Notes: generated by a model from the letters alone, not told the origin. A DNA stretch of 64,000 nt from a virus (IMGVR_UViG_3300036826_000050:207-64206), one strand, 5' to 3'. Numbered from the stretch's first letter, positions 1 through 9,577 are shown. Translations and numbers: made by a program.

Positions 1-253
1 TACGTGCGTCGGCCGGAACGCTTGCGCTCTTCAAGATCATCATCCAATCCTCCGGGTGAATGAGTATCTCGCGCTCGTTGGTCTCCATACAATCGAGCGC
101 CCAGTTGATAATACTCACTTCCTCGGGTATGTACGGCACGACGACGATTGAGTGTCGAGGGCAGTATTGCGTGATGCGAATCTGTTTGATCTCCCGGTTA
201 TGGGCTTCCCTGGTTTCCATCAGTTGCATCGCAATGACTGTTATTTCATCCAC
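1..253 (-). CDS. Hypothetical protein, runs off the left edge
   Basis: Open frame from GTG (MDEITVIAMQLMETREAH...) to position 1, read by hand; start uncertain. Confidence 0.5.
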   Translation of the reverse strand, partial: MDEITVIAMQLMETREAHNREIKQIRITQYCPRHSIVVVPYIPEEVSIINWALDCMETNEREILIHPEDWMMILKSASVPADAR

Positions 254-332
254 GGCGGACCCTGCACCTACCCCTTACCCGCCGCCGCCGAGGGCCTTAG
301 GTGGTGCTCTATGGCTTGAGAAAACATGGAAT

Positions 333-998
333 CTATGCGCTCACGCGGCTCCGCTCGCGCTCGGCCCGCTTCAGACGCCTGGCTCTGGTATCCATGACAC
401 GCGCGATCTCAGAGCGGTATCCGCACAGGAACGACTCGACGATGTCGAGGTTCTTGTCTTGGAAGAACTCAGGCAGGCGCTCGCGGTCGATACAGTAGAC
501 ACCACGCGGTAGTGCGACGCCGAGCGCTCGCAATCCCTCGGTCACGCCGGCATGGAAGTACAGATGCTCGGGTTCTAGCCCGAGCCAGCCGCCAATCCGC
601 ATGCCGACATCGTACTCGGTGACCGGACCGATCCCGTGCGTCTCAGCCGCCGCCCGCCGCATATAGATCATGAGTTCCCAGAAGTTGCCCGACTCCCCGG
701 ACTCCTCAATTGCCTCGAAGTACTCAAACTGGAGTCTCATGTCGAAGCGTTCGAGGTTGACCTGCCAGACGCGACCTTGATGATGCCAGAGCGTTCCATC
801 CTGGCCGCGCGACATACAGGCGCGATGGATCGCTTCTTCGAGTGTCTCCGCCTTCAGCGTCCAGGGCAGGGCTGGGTCGCCACGGCCGTTGTTCACATAG
901 CGCTTCATGTAGTCCTTCCAAAGCGCCGTGATGGTGTTGAGTTCGGTAGACGGCGGACGCGCAGCGAACTCCCGTTCCAAGATCGCTTTGCCCATCAT
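333..998 (-). CDS. HhH/DNA-glycosylase-fold-like protein (possible DNA-modification enzyme)
   Basis: HGIGPVTEYD resembles a helix-hairpin-helix motif followed by LYFHAG; end of the nucleotide-metabolism operon. Confidence 0.5.
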   Translation of the reverse strand: MMGKAILEREFAARPPSTELNTITALWKDYMKRYVNNGRGDPALPWTLKAETLEEAIHRACMSRGQDGTLWHHQGRVWQVNLERFDMRLQFEYFEAIEESGESGNFWELMIYMRRAAAETHGIGPVTEYDVGMRIGGWLGLEPEHLYFHAGVTEGLRALGVALPRGVYCIDRERLPEFFQDKNLDIVESFLCGYRSEIARVMDTRARRLKRAERERSRVSA

Positions 999-1294
999 GC
1001 TCCTTCCAGTAGGTCCCTCATCGCCTTCTTGCCCTCAGGGCTTGCCTTCCAGGCCTCGGACTCGGCCTGCGTGCCGTCGAAGTCGCCGCGCTTGACGCGC
1101 TCGATCATACGCTTGACTCCGAACTTGTGCTTTACGCTCGGTTGGTTGAGTTCTTCGACGAGCTTCATGATCGGGAACGCATGCGGACTGAAGAAGTCAT
1201 TGAACTCGTCGTCCTTGGCTCGCTCGGCTAGATCGTTCAGACCGATCTCATCCAGGGCGTTCGCGAGCTTGATACTACTCTCGTGGTCAGCCAT
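995..1294 (-). CDS. Hypothetical protein
   Basis: 99-aa ORF overlapping both neighbours. Confidence 0.7.
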   Translation of the reverse strand: MADHESSIKLANALDEIGLNDLAERAKDDEFNDFFSPHAFPIMKLVEELNQPSVKHKFGVKRMIERVKRGDFDGTQAESEAWKASPEGKKAMRDLLEGA

Positions 1295-1469
1295 CGCAGC
1301 AGCTTTCTATGACTTGGTGACAGGTTACGCACTGCTCGTGTCCAGCGACTCGGACCGTGCCCTTGTTCGATCCGCACCAGGGACAGAACGAGTCGATGTA
1401 GGTGACGTATCCGCCAGGCGGGCGCGGGAGGACAGCGTGGCCAGGCTTGACTTCTTCGTCCTTAGCCAC
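1287..1469 (-). CDS. Small Cys-rich zinc-finger protein
   Basis: CPWC...GHEQCVTC...ESCCDG. Confidence 0.65.
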   Translation of the reverse strand: MAKDEEVKPGHAVLPRPPGGYVTYIDSFCPWCGSNKGTVRVAGHEQCVTCHQVIESCCDG

Positions 1470-1830
1470 AGCCGCTCGTATCCCCGCAGGACGGACACGT
1501 CAAGCACGTACCCGTCCTAACCATTTCGCTGTCGCACCGCGCGCATAGTTCGCCTGACCAACGAGGCAAATCGGGCGCGTCTGGCGCGGGCAACTCGCCC
1601 CTTCTGGCTTGGGAGTGCGTGCAGACCTTGATGTCCTTCGTCACGCAATCCGGACAGCGGTATGTCGCCGGAGGGAAGCCGCCGAATGGCTGGATCGTTG
1701 TTTCCCTGTGAGCGGCCTCGCTTAGACCGCAACCTTCGTGCTTGCATTGATTGAACCACGCCCCGTCTGGTATGAAGGGGTGGTCCGTCACTACGCTTGC
1801 GTTGATCGTGTCTGTCATGGTTTCACCCAC
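1462..1830 (-). CDS. Cys-rich protein ending in an NrdJ-C-terminus-like zinc ribbon
   Basis: C-terminal CARCDSEMVRTGTCLTCPSCGDTSGCG; start could be 1818. Confidence 0.6.
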   Translation of the reverse strand: MGETMTDTINASVVTDHPFIPDGAWFNQCKHEGCGLSEAAHRETTIQPFGGFPPATYRCPDCVTKDIKVCTHSQARRGELPAPDAPDLPRWSGELCARCDSEMVRTGTCLTCPSCGDTSGCG

Positions 1831-2000
1831 ACCCCCAATTCTCTTGTCTCGTAGACGACATCGACCGGACCGGGTTGCATGATCATGGCCTTGCCGTATG
1901 TCCAGTGACCGAGGTCCTCGATGGTGATCTTCTCGGGCAACTCGCCCTCGATGATGACCCAGCGCGGATCGGTCGGGTGATCAAGTTGTACGATCTGCAT
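1815..2000 (-). CDS. Hypothetical protein
   Basis: 61-aa ORF in packed operon. Confidence 0.55.
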   Translation of the reverse strand: MQIVQLDHPTDPRWVIIEGELPEKITIEDLGHWTYGKAMIMQPGPVDVVYETRELGVWVKP

Positions 2001-2346
2001 TCTGACTCATTCCTTCTACGATGCTGAGAAGTCGGTCGCGCGTGCCGCGCGCGTCGGAGACATCCGACAGGAGAATGTCTTGTACGGGGAGCGGCGCTCG
2101 GCGGTCATTTCGCTCTATCCAAGCATCCGCAATGGCGTCGAATAGCTGCTCGTCGCCTTCGATGACCGGCGTGACTTCCGTACCCTGTTCGTACGGCTCC
2201 CAGAGCGCGAGGCCATCCTCGGTCATACGCAGGACGGTCATCTGGCCGGTGATCTCGTCGCGCCGCCCGATGGCCAAAGCCCAGCCGAACCGACGCTCTG
2301 GCCTTATGAGCTGAACTTTATACTCCATCATCGATCCCTTCTCCAC
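1981..2346 (-). CDS. Hypothetical protein
   Basis: ORF in packed operon; start probably 2331. Confidence 0.65.
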   Translation of the reverse strand: MEKGSMMEYKVQLIRPERRFGWALAIGRRDEITGQMTVLRMTEDGLALWEPYEQGTEVTPVIEGDEQLFDAIADAWIERNDRRAPLPVQDILLSDVSDARGTRDRLLSIVEGMSQNADRTT

Positions 2347-2540
2347 AAGATGGTTCGCTCGGAATCCCAGGCGAGGCGCGGGAACCTGATTTCCATATCG
2401 TTGAGCGGACCGTAGCCGGCACGTTCGAGCAAGATGTCGGCTATCTGCTCCATGAGCGGGTCGATGAGTTCCAACGCCTCGGCCACGCTATCGCGCGGAT
2501 TGACGTTGATGCGGCGCGGCTCGGTGATCAGAGTGGCCAT
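2328..2540 (-). CDS. Hypothetical protein
   Basis: 70-aa ORF abutting the ThyX stop. Confidence 0.6.
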   Translation of the reverse strand: MATLITEPRRINVNPRDSVAEALELIDPLMEQIADILLERAGYGPLNDMEIRFPRLAWDSERTILWRRDR

Positions 2541-3461
2541 CTACTTCTGCTTCCTGATCCCGTGGCGCTGGGAACGGAACTGACGGTTAGACTCCCGTGC
2601 CCAAGGGAAGTCGCACTGCCCTTCGACCGACTCCCATCCTTGGTACGTACACGTGTGGTCCATCGCGTTGGCGTGCGAGCCGTCCGTGTCGAGCGCGCCG
2701 TGCGTCTTCTCGCAGCTGATCTTCACGTACCGTTCCAGGTACGGGTGCTTCTCGACGAGCACGCTGCGCATTTCGCGGAAGATGTGGGCAATCTCCCACT
2801 GGAACATCGAGCACGCGCGGTAGGCGTACGTGTTGATGAACTCGCGCAACGAGCCTTCCCAGAGGATGAAGTTCGTCGTGCCCTCCAGGAGCGCGAACCT
2901 GGCGTCCTGGTAGCTGACGTCGCGGTCGGTCGCCATCCTGTAGACCTCAGCCGCGTGCTCGGAGAGGTCGTTGAACGCTTCGGCCAGAACCGCATCCTTC
3001 AGGAACGACTCCGGCATGCGCACGGACGGCATGTCGCCGTAGTAGTGCGCCCTCTGGCTCTGCTGGTGGAAGGCGGCCAGTCGCGTCCTGACGATCTGAT
3101 GGGTGCAGGTTCTGCTGGCGCCGTAGATCGCGAACGCCACGCGGAAGTCCTCCAGCGCCGTCTGGAGTCCGCCCTGAAGCATTTCCTCCCAGTCCACCGG
3201 CTCAGGCGGGTTCTCCGGGTCGATGCCGCGCGTCGCGTTGATCGCGAACGAGCAGACCTTCCGCAAGTCGTCATCGGAGTAGTCCTGGACCAGATCGACG
3301 CGGATGCCGTCGAGGCCGACCCAGATGTGACCCTGATCCGGGTTCTCGGGCTGGTCGTCTGAGAACGACTTGCGGTTGAAGGCCACGTCCTTGGTCAGGC
3401 CGCGCCTCGGCCCTTCCATATGGCTAATGAGATAGATGTAGTCGTCAATTGGGGTATTCAT
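2541..3461 (-). CDS. thyX: ThyX-like FAD-dependent thymidylate synthase (variant motif)
   Basis: SRTCTHQIVRTRLAAFHQQSQR matches RHRx7S with H->T; QDARFAL; RACSMFQWEI; GGAGG SD. Confidence 0.85.
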   Translation of the reverse strand: MNTPIDDYIYLISHMEGPRRGLTKDVAFNRKSFSDDQPENPDQGHIWVGLDGIRVDLVQDYSDDDLRKVCSFAINATRGIDPENPPEPVDWEEMLQGGLQTALEDFRVAFAIYGASRTCTHQIVRTRLAAFHQQSQRAHYYGDMPSVRMPESFLKDAVLAEAFNDLSEHAAEVYRMATDRDVSYQDARFALLEGTTNFILWEGSLREFINTYAYRACSMFQWEIAHIFREMRSVLVEKHPYLERYVKISCEKTHGALDTDGSHANAMDHTCTYQGWESVEGQCDFPWARESNRQFRSQRHGIRKQK

Positions 3462-3469
3462 GATACCTC

Positions 3470-6400
3470 CTAGTCGGTTGAGATTACCCAGAGCCGCTTG
3501 GCTAGGATTTGCCGTGCCGTAACATAGCGCGGCCTGATACCTTCGACCAGCAAGAGGTCATGTCCCATGCGGAAGTCGAAGATGGCGTTCTTGAACTGCG
3601 GGTACTTCCAGCGGTCAATCTTCAGGAGTAGTTGGTCGTCCTCGTCTTCGCAGGTTAGCAGAGCCCATTCGTTCAGTTCCGGATTCCGCACGCTCTTGGG
3701 ATCGAGTTCCTCACCCGTCTTCGCGCGGTTGGTCTCGAAGATGTCTCGCACGTTCCTCTGAAGGATCGTCCCAAGCCAACAGACGGTGAACTCGCGTCCT
3801 TGCTCGTACGGGAGGTCGGTGGCCGTATGAGTTGGAGTCGGTAGTCGCGCGCCTCGCGGTTGCATGCCCGTCGGCGCGCGTCGGAGCTTGCCCTTGCGAA
3901 TCATCTTCTTGACCTGGGCGATGTTGTCGTCGAGCGTCCGCACGCCAAACGGGTCCTTCTGCATCACCCATTGGTCGATCTTGTCGACCGTCTTGGGACC
4001 GATTCCGCGGATGTCCATAAGGTCCCACCAGGTATCCAGGCCGCCACGCTCGGCGCGGAACTTGACTATCTCGGCGGCGCGCTTGTCAGCGATGCCGCTG
4101 ATCTGCTTGAAGCCGGATTGGATGGCTAGCTGACCTGCCGGCTTCCATGTCGCATCCGACTCGCTCGGACTCGGGCTGCGGACGTCAATGCCATGCTTGA
4201 CAGCGTCACGCAGTAGCTGCCGGGTCTTGTCCGGGTTCTCCGTCTGCGCGAGTGAGCAGGCATAGAAGATCGCCGGGTGGTGAACCTTGATCCACATCGT
4301 CCAGTACGCTAACAGCCCGTAGGCGACGCAGTGGGCGGCGTTGAAGGCATAGGACCCCGACGTGATCATATTGCCCCAAACCTTCTTGGCCTGCGCGTGG
4401 CTGATCGGCGGGTAGTCGGTACGCTCATGTAGCGTCTGGCAACCCTCCCAGAACCGATCCCATTGCCGGTTGAACTCCTGCTCGCCGATTTTGCGGCTAA
4501 TGATCTTGCGGATGTAAGCCGCGTGCGTCCAGGGGAAGTCACCGACCTCGCGGACGATGCGGAGAATCTGCTCCTGGTAGACGATCTGGAACTGCGTCGG
4601 CGCGGTAATGATGTCTACCGCCGGATGGAAGCGCTCGGGCTTCTTGACCCCGTGCTTGATCTCGGCGTACTCAGACGCGGCGCCATTGTGGAGCGGTCCT
4701 GGTCTGGCAAGCGCGTTGCAGTCGCATATCTCGCTGAAGTTATCGGGCTTCATCGACCCGCAGACGTACCGCATGGCGCGGCCGTCGAACTGGAACACGC
4801 CGACGACGTCATTGGCACGGAAGCGGGCGAACACCTTCTGGTCATCGAGCGCGAGCGCGTACAGGTCCTCAATCGTCATGCCGAGTTCTTCGATGGCCAT
4901 CGAGATCATCGACATCGTGGACAGACCGAGGAAGTCCATCTTGACGAGTCCCTGACGCTCAGCGTCGTACTTGTCCAGGGACACGACCTGGATCGGGTGG
5001 TCGTTCACGACGCGCTCGTAGATGGCCGCTACCTCACGCAACGGCTCGTTGCTGATCACGAGGCCCGCCGCGTGGACGCCGAACGCCTTGATGTTACCTT
5101 CGAGTAGCTGGCTCTTGCGGAGGTCAGGGAACTTCTCCATGACCTCGCGCGCCTGCGGGAACTGCTCGATGGTATCCTCGATGGTCGAGGAAGCTCGCAG
5201 GTCACCGGACGACCGCTCGATCAGGAAGTCCTTGATCCGGTTGACCTCGAACTTCGGCACGCGGAAGACGCGCGCTACGTCATCGAGCGCGAGCTTGTTC
5301 TTGAAGTACGTGAACGTCCCGATGTTGTTTACGCACTCGTCGCCGTACTTGCCGGCGTAATAGTCACGTAGTAGCGGGCGAACCTCGCTGGGGAAATCAA
5401 GGTCAATGTCTGGTAGGTCTTCGCGTGTCTCGTCGATGAAGCGCTCGAACACGAGCAGGGGGAACTTGAGTGGATCGACCTCGGTGATCCGCAGAAGCCA
5501 AGCAACCACACTTGCAGCCGCCGAGCCTCGGGCTGGGCCGACTGGCGCCCTGAGATGATCCTTGACATACAGTACGCCCTCACGTACCAGAAGAAAGTAA
5601 TCAACGTAGTCCTTGCTCTCGATGAGCGCTTTCTCGTGCGCTAGCTGCTTCTTGTACCGCGCGCGTTCTTGCGCCGGAAGTTTATTGACGCCTCGATATA
5701 TCCAACCATCGCGAAGCGCTTGCTCCCAATACGCCTGAACGCCAGCGTAGCCGTATGGGACCTTGAACCTGACCATCGGGAGGCGCGGTAGCTCAACTGT
5801 ACATTCTTGCGCAATGTCCTCGGTAGAAACGCAAGCTTGTATTGCTTCCGCGTCCGATAGCCCTGTTCCTCGGAGGCGTCTGTAGAACGATCGGTCATCG
5901 AGCGGCGGACAGAGCGGAACATTGTACCCCCATTCACGTGCTTGTTCCTCGATGGTCTTCTTGCCGCCGCCCCGGAGGTTGTGGAGGATCATCTGGATCT
6001 CAGACTCCTCATACTCCGTGTAGTGGCAGTCCATCGATCCGCAGAGCCGCGCGCCAATAGCTCGCGCGAGCCGTCCTGCGAAGTGAGTATTGAACCGGCG
6101 GGTCGAATCGAGTTCAGGGAAGGCTTGAACCTCGATGAAGAAGTTCCCGCCAAAGTGTTTCTTGAACCAGCGAGCGACCTTGAGCGCGCGGCGATAGTTT
6201 GCATGCTCCTTGGGGATGTGCTTCCCGCCGACCGCCGAACAGAACAGGAGCGATCCCTGGCATCCGCTCAGGATGATGAGTCCTTCCTTGTGCTCCACGA
6301 GCATTTGCGGACTTACCGTTGGCTCGTAGTAGAACCCCTCAGCGTACGACTTCGTGATCAGCGCTAGGAGGTTCTTGTAGCCGACCGCGTTCTTCGCCAG

Positions 6401-6805
6401 GACCGTGAGATGGGTCTTCGACTGCATACGGTTCTCTTCATCCGTCGGGCCAAAGTAAATCTCGCAGCCGTATATGACCTTGACGCCGGTCTTCTCGGCC
6501 GCAATCTCAGCCTTGACGTGAGAGTCGGCGTTCCCGTGCTCGGTGAAGGCGATAGCCGACATCTGCAATTCTTGTGCGCGACGAACGTGTGCCTCCGGTA
6601 GGCCATAGCCATCCCGGTAGCTCAACGTCGAGTGGTGATGAAGAGATACCGAACGCATCGGCTTGTGATTACCGTTGCGCCGTCGTCGCTGGATAATCGG
6701 CGGAGTATGGCCGCCGCCGAGCTTCGCGCGATCAGGACTCTCGCTATGTTGTACCTGACCGCGCGATCCGAGTTTGTCTTCGCCTGGGCTAATCGCTAAC
6801 GGCAT
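3470..6805 (-). CDS. dnaE: DNA polymerase III alpha subunit (DnaE-like)
   Basis: PHP motif HHHSTLSYRDG, RGSAA, catalytic PDIDLDF, HAAG, KMDFLGL, YAFNAAH. Confidence 0.97.
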   Translation of the reverse strand: MPLAISPGEDKLGSRGQVQHSESPDRAKLGGGHTPPIIQRRRRNGNHKPMRSVSLHHHSTLSYRDGYGLPEAHVRRAQELQMSAIAFTEHGNADSHVKAEIAAEKTGVKVIYGCEIYFGPTDEENRMQSKTHLTVLAKNAVGYKNLLALITKSYAEGFYYEPTVSPQMLVEHKEGLIILSGCQGSLLFCSAVGGKHIPKEHANYRRALKVARWFKKHFGGNFFIEVQAFPELDSTRRFNTHFAGRLARAIGARLCGSMDCHYTEYEESEIQMILHNLRGGGKKTIEEQAREWGYNVPLCPPLDDRSFYRRLRGTGLSDAEAIQACVSTEDIAQECTVELPRLPMVRFKVPYGYAGVQAYWEQALRDGWIYRGVNKLPAQERARYKKQLAHEKALIESKDYVDYFLLVREGVLYVKDHLRAPVGPARGSAAASVVAWLLRITEVDPLKFPLLVFERFIDETREDLPDIDLDFPSEVRPLLRDYYAGKYGDECVNNIGTFTYFKNKLALDDVARVFRVPKFEVNRIKDFLIERSSGDLRASSTIEDTIEQFPQAREVMEKFPDLRKSQLLEGNIKAFGVHAAGLVISNEPLREVAAIYERVVNDHPIQVVSLDKYDAERQGLVKMDFLGLSTMSMISMAIEELGMTIEDLYALALDDQKVFARFRANDVVGVFQFDGRAMRYVCGSMKPDNFSEICDCNALARPGPLHNGAASEYAEIKHGVKKPERFHPAVDIITAPTQFQIVYQEQILRIVREVGDFPWTHAAYIRKIISRKIGEQEFNRQWDRFWEGCQTLHERTDYPPISHAQAKKVWGNMITSGSYAFNAAHCVAYGLLAYWTMWIKVHHPAIFYACSLAQTENPDKTRQLLRDAVKHGIDVRSPSPSESDATWKPAGQLAIQSGFKQISGIADKRAAEIVKFRAERGGLDTWWDLMDIRGIGPKTVDKIDQWVMQKDPFGVRTLDDNIAQVKKMIRKGKLRRAPTGMQPRGARLPTPTHTATDLPYEQGREFTVCWLGTILQRNVRDIFETNRAKTGEELDPKSVRNPELNEWALLTCEDEDDQLLLKIDRWKYPQFKNAIFDFRMGHDLLLVEGIRPRYVTARQILAKRLWVISTD

Positions 6806-6984
6806 TACCTCACCTTATCAGGTCCCGTCACCAGATGGTAGTCGGAGGCGATCACCCAGGGGAGGTCGCACAGTCGGTTGTGCGACAGAGATTCGAGAAT
6901 CATGAGAGCTAGCTCGCTCGGGGCATTGTCCTGGGTGAGACCGTCATTCTTGACTTTGATATCGACTACGACCATGAACTTCAA
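6805..6984 (-). CDS. Small hypothetical protein
   Basis: Hand-read ORF (MVVVDIKVKN...GPDKVR) filling the SDR-dnaE gap with TAATG coupling; TTG 6984 or ATG 6975 start. Confidence 0.55.
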   Translation of the reverse strand: MKFMVVVDIKVKNDGLTQDNAPSELALMILESLSHNRLCDLPWVIASDYHLVTGPDKVR

Positions 6985-6987
6985 GTG

Positions 6988-7671
6988 CTACCGACCTCCG
7001 TTGACGGGGATGATCGCCCCGTTGAGATAGTTGGTGGGCATGAGGAGAACCGCGAGGATCACGCTCGCGACCTCATCGACGGTCGCCCGTCGCTTCATCG
7101 GGATTTGTGATTCCTCGTACTCCTTTGCCTGCTTGGGGTCCCAGCCACGGATCAGCGGAACCGTCAGGTCGATGTACTCCTGCATCGCCGTCGGCTCGGT
7201 CATGCCGGGCGCGACGACGTTGATAGCGAAGTCGTCAGAGGCTCGCTCGCGCGCGATCACGCGGACGGCCTGGTGCAGGGCTGCCTTCGACGCGCAGTAC
7301 ATTGCCGAGGTTCGCATCTCACGCCAGGCCGCGTCCGAGCCGACCACGACGACGCGCTTGACCGACGGAACGAGGTTGAGGACGTTGAACAGTCCGACGA
7401 CGTTCACGTGGTACATTTCCAACATCGTCTCAGGGTCGATCTTCTGCGACCATTCGAGCAGGTTGATCCCGGCCGAGTAAATCAGGGCGTCGAGTTGCTT
7501 CTCTGCCTTCTGCAAGGCAAGGAACTCGAACAGAGAGCCGGGGTCGCGCACGTCAGTACCGGACCCGCTTACGATGACTTCGTGACCCTCGATCTGATCG
7601 AGCAAGCGCACACACGCTTCGCCAATTCCGCTCGTTCCTCCGACCACCCAAGTTCTAGGCATCAAGCCCAT
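6988..7671 (-). CDS. Short-chain dehydrogenase/reductase (SDR)
   Basis: GGTSGIG Rossmann motif, SAG, catalytic YCASK, NVVAPG, C-terminal VNGG. Confidence 0.92.
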   Translation of the reverse strand: MGLMPRTWVVGGTSGIGEACVRLLDQIEGHEVIVSGSGTDVRDPGSLFEFLALQKAEKQLDALIYSAGINLLEWSQKIDPETMLEMYHVNVVGLFNVLNLVPSVKRVVVVGSDAAWREMRTSAMYCASKAALHQAVRVIARERASDDFAINVVAPGMTEPTAMQEYIDLTVPLIRGWDPKQAKEYEESQIPMKRRATVDEVASVILAVLLMPTNYLNGAIIPVNGGR

Positions 7672-8152
7672 GCTCCCTTCTACCGTATAGTGCTATTACA
7701 GAGTCAATGATACGGTCAAGCGCAGACCCGGTTCGGCTCGCACCCGCAGCCGCGCTACGGATGGCCGCCAGGACCTCCGGTAGCTCGGGGTAGCCTAGCG
7801 GGTCCGAGGCCGGGAGAGGTGTGCTCTCGTCGCTCTCCGGCGATGAAAAAGCCCCTCGATCCGGGGTCGGCGGGTTCTCCATCAGATACAGCAGAAGGAG
7901 GCAATGACCGATGATGTCCTCTGCGCACTCATCAGCCTGTTCCCCGACGAGCGGCCGGTCAAGCCAGATTGAGTAGTAGAGCTTCCAGAACTTGCGATTG
8001 ATGTCGCTGAACTGCCCCTTGGTCCCTAGGAGCTTCCAGGCGTCACCGTAGTCGCCGCCCTTGCTGACGAAGCGTTCTACCACGGCCGGCACGATCTGTC
8101 GTACAATGTATGCGTACTCGTCCGCCAACTTAGGCGGCTTCTTGATTTCCAT
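7655..8152 (-). CDS. DUF1599/Nmad1-like (MazG-fold) nucleotide-modification-associated protein
   Basis: FVSKGGDYGDAW...SDINRKFWKL...EDIIGHCLL; start taken at MEIKKP. Confidence 0.75.
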   Translation of the reverse strand: MEIKKPPKLADEYAYIVRQIVPAVVERFVSKGGDYGDAWKLLGTKGQFSDINRKFWKLYYSIWLDRPLVGEQADECAEDIIGHCLLLLYLMENPPTPDRGAFSSPESDESTPLPASDPLGYPELPEVLAAIRSAAAGASRTGSALDRIIDSVIALYGRREHGLDA

Positions 8153-8801
8153 ATACGCTCTCCCAGTGTTCGACGCACTTTGTGATCCATTCGAGGATCG
8201 AGCCCATGTATCCCTCTCGCGACCAGGCGACGTCGCGGTTATGAACGGTCTTGCGGAGGATCGTGACGGCGTTCGGGAACAGGTCCTCGGCGTCCTCCAG
8301 GACCTCGACCAGATCATCCACGACGACGACGACGCGCATCGGATCGACGCGCTCCGCCAGAGCACCCATCTTGTTGTCGTCGTAGATCAGACCGGTGAAC
8401 TCGATCTCATGCTGCCGGAGCCAATGCCGCGTATCGGGGTCTACGCGGTCAAAGCGCTCCCAGGGTCGCGTCGTTGTGAGCCAGACCTCCGCGACCTCCG
8501 ATGCCCGCGCGACCGTCTCAACTGCCTCGCTGAAGATCGGCATCGTCCGCTTCATGCCGCCCTGCCGGTACGCGAGTTTGATAGCGCGGAAGGTCGTCAC
8601 ATCGACTCCCATCTCACGCGTGAACCATTCGCGGTGCGGCTCGGTGCCGTCGTACGCATTGGCGCCGCGCGGCTTGTTGTAGCCGTGACCGAGCCAGTTG
8701 ACCGCGAAGTCGAGGAAGTGACCGTGGTAGTCGCCCAGCGTACCGTCGATGTCGAAGACGACGACCGGGCGGATCACCTCATGACAGTTTGAACACTTCA
8801 A
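8130..8801 (-). CDS. HAD-superfamily phosphatase (5'-nucleotidase-like)
   Basis: Motif I FDIDGTL, LTTTRP, VVDD. Confidence 0.88.
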   Translation of the reverse strand: MKCSNCHEVIRPVVVFDIDGTLGDYHGHFLDFAVNWLGHGYNKPRGANAYDGTEPHREWFTREMGVDVTTFRAIKLAYRQGGMKRTMPIFSEAVETVARASEVAEVWLTTTRPWERFDRVDPDTRHWLRQHEIEFTGLIYDDNKMGALAERVDPMRVVVVVDDLVEVLEDAEDLFPNAVTILRKTVHNRDVAWSREGYMGSILEWITKCVEHWESVYGNQEAA

Positions 8802-9577
8802 GCTAAGTCCTCCAGTAGTTGTACCGTCTGCTTGTACGCATGGTGTAGCAGGATACCCTTCTCCCAGCGACCAAAGCGCCCGATTCGCGCCACCTCAGCG
8901 AAGAAGCAGTCGCAGTCTGTATCAATCGGCTTGTACCCTCGACTCTGCGTAGCGCCGAGTTCTGCTACGCACTCCTTTGTGAACGGTATCGTTGACTCCG
9001 TCGCCTCCGATCCGAACAACCGGCTTGTACGATACCAGTCGTCGGCTGGATGGCCGTTGTACACCATCCCGTTCTCCAGCGTCGGATCAATCGTCTTGTC
9101 CAGGACGTAGATACTCTGACTCCGGAAGTCATGATTATCGGTCTTGCAGAGGAACGGCGCAGGGATCGTTGAGATGATCAGATCGAACCAGTTCGCTCTC
9201 AGCAACTGCGCGACATGGAACGCCGACAGCTTGTAGTCCGTGACGTACGCCGAGAACCGATCCCAGAGCCAGTCGTATGTCCGATGCATCGACCATGCGG
9301 GCCGCTCGCCTTCCTCAAACAAGTCCCAGCTACAGTCCGCGTCGCCGTTGCCGTATACCTTCTGCGCGTAGCCCTCGCGCGATCCATGCTTCCTGAACTC
9401 CACCCACCCATCCGGAGTCGGGGCTGTAAGGCCGGGGATGGCCTCGTGGAGGAACACCGCACCGGGAATCACGGACTTTTGCTTCTGGCTAAAGATCGAG
9501 ACATGGTAGTCTCTCTGCGCGACGGCGTACGCAGCCAGCAATCCGGCGGGGCCGCATCCAAGGACCGCTACCTTCAC
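8798..9577 (-). CDS. FAD-dependent oxidoreductase
   Basis: VAVLGCGPAGLLAA dinucleotide-binding motif; C-terminal GRFGRW as in UGM/PPO-like flavoproteins; GTG start overlaps upstream TGA. Confidence 0.85.
   Translation of the reverse strand: MKVAVLGCGPAGLLAAYAVAQRDYHVSIFSQKQKSVIPGAVFLHEAIPGLTAPTPDGWVEFRKHGSREGYAQKVYGNGDADCSWDLFEEGERPAWSMHRTYDWLWDRFSAYVTDYKLSAFHVAQLLRANWFDLIISTIPAPFLCKTDNHDFRSQSIYVLDKTIDPTLENGMVYNGHPADDWYRTSRLFGSEATESTIPFTKECVAELGATQSRGYKPIDTDCDCFFAEVARIGRFGRWEKGILLHHAYKQTVQLLEDLA

Noticed and set aside
247-300. CATCCACGG and CCTACCCCTT resembling the 103-bp element
   Set aside because: Blocks are in a different order and orientation; at most a degenerate copy
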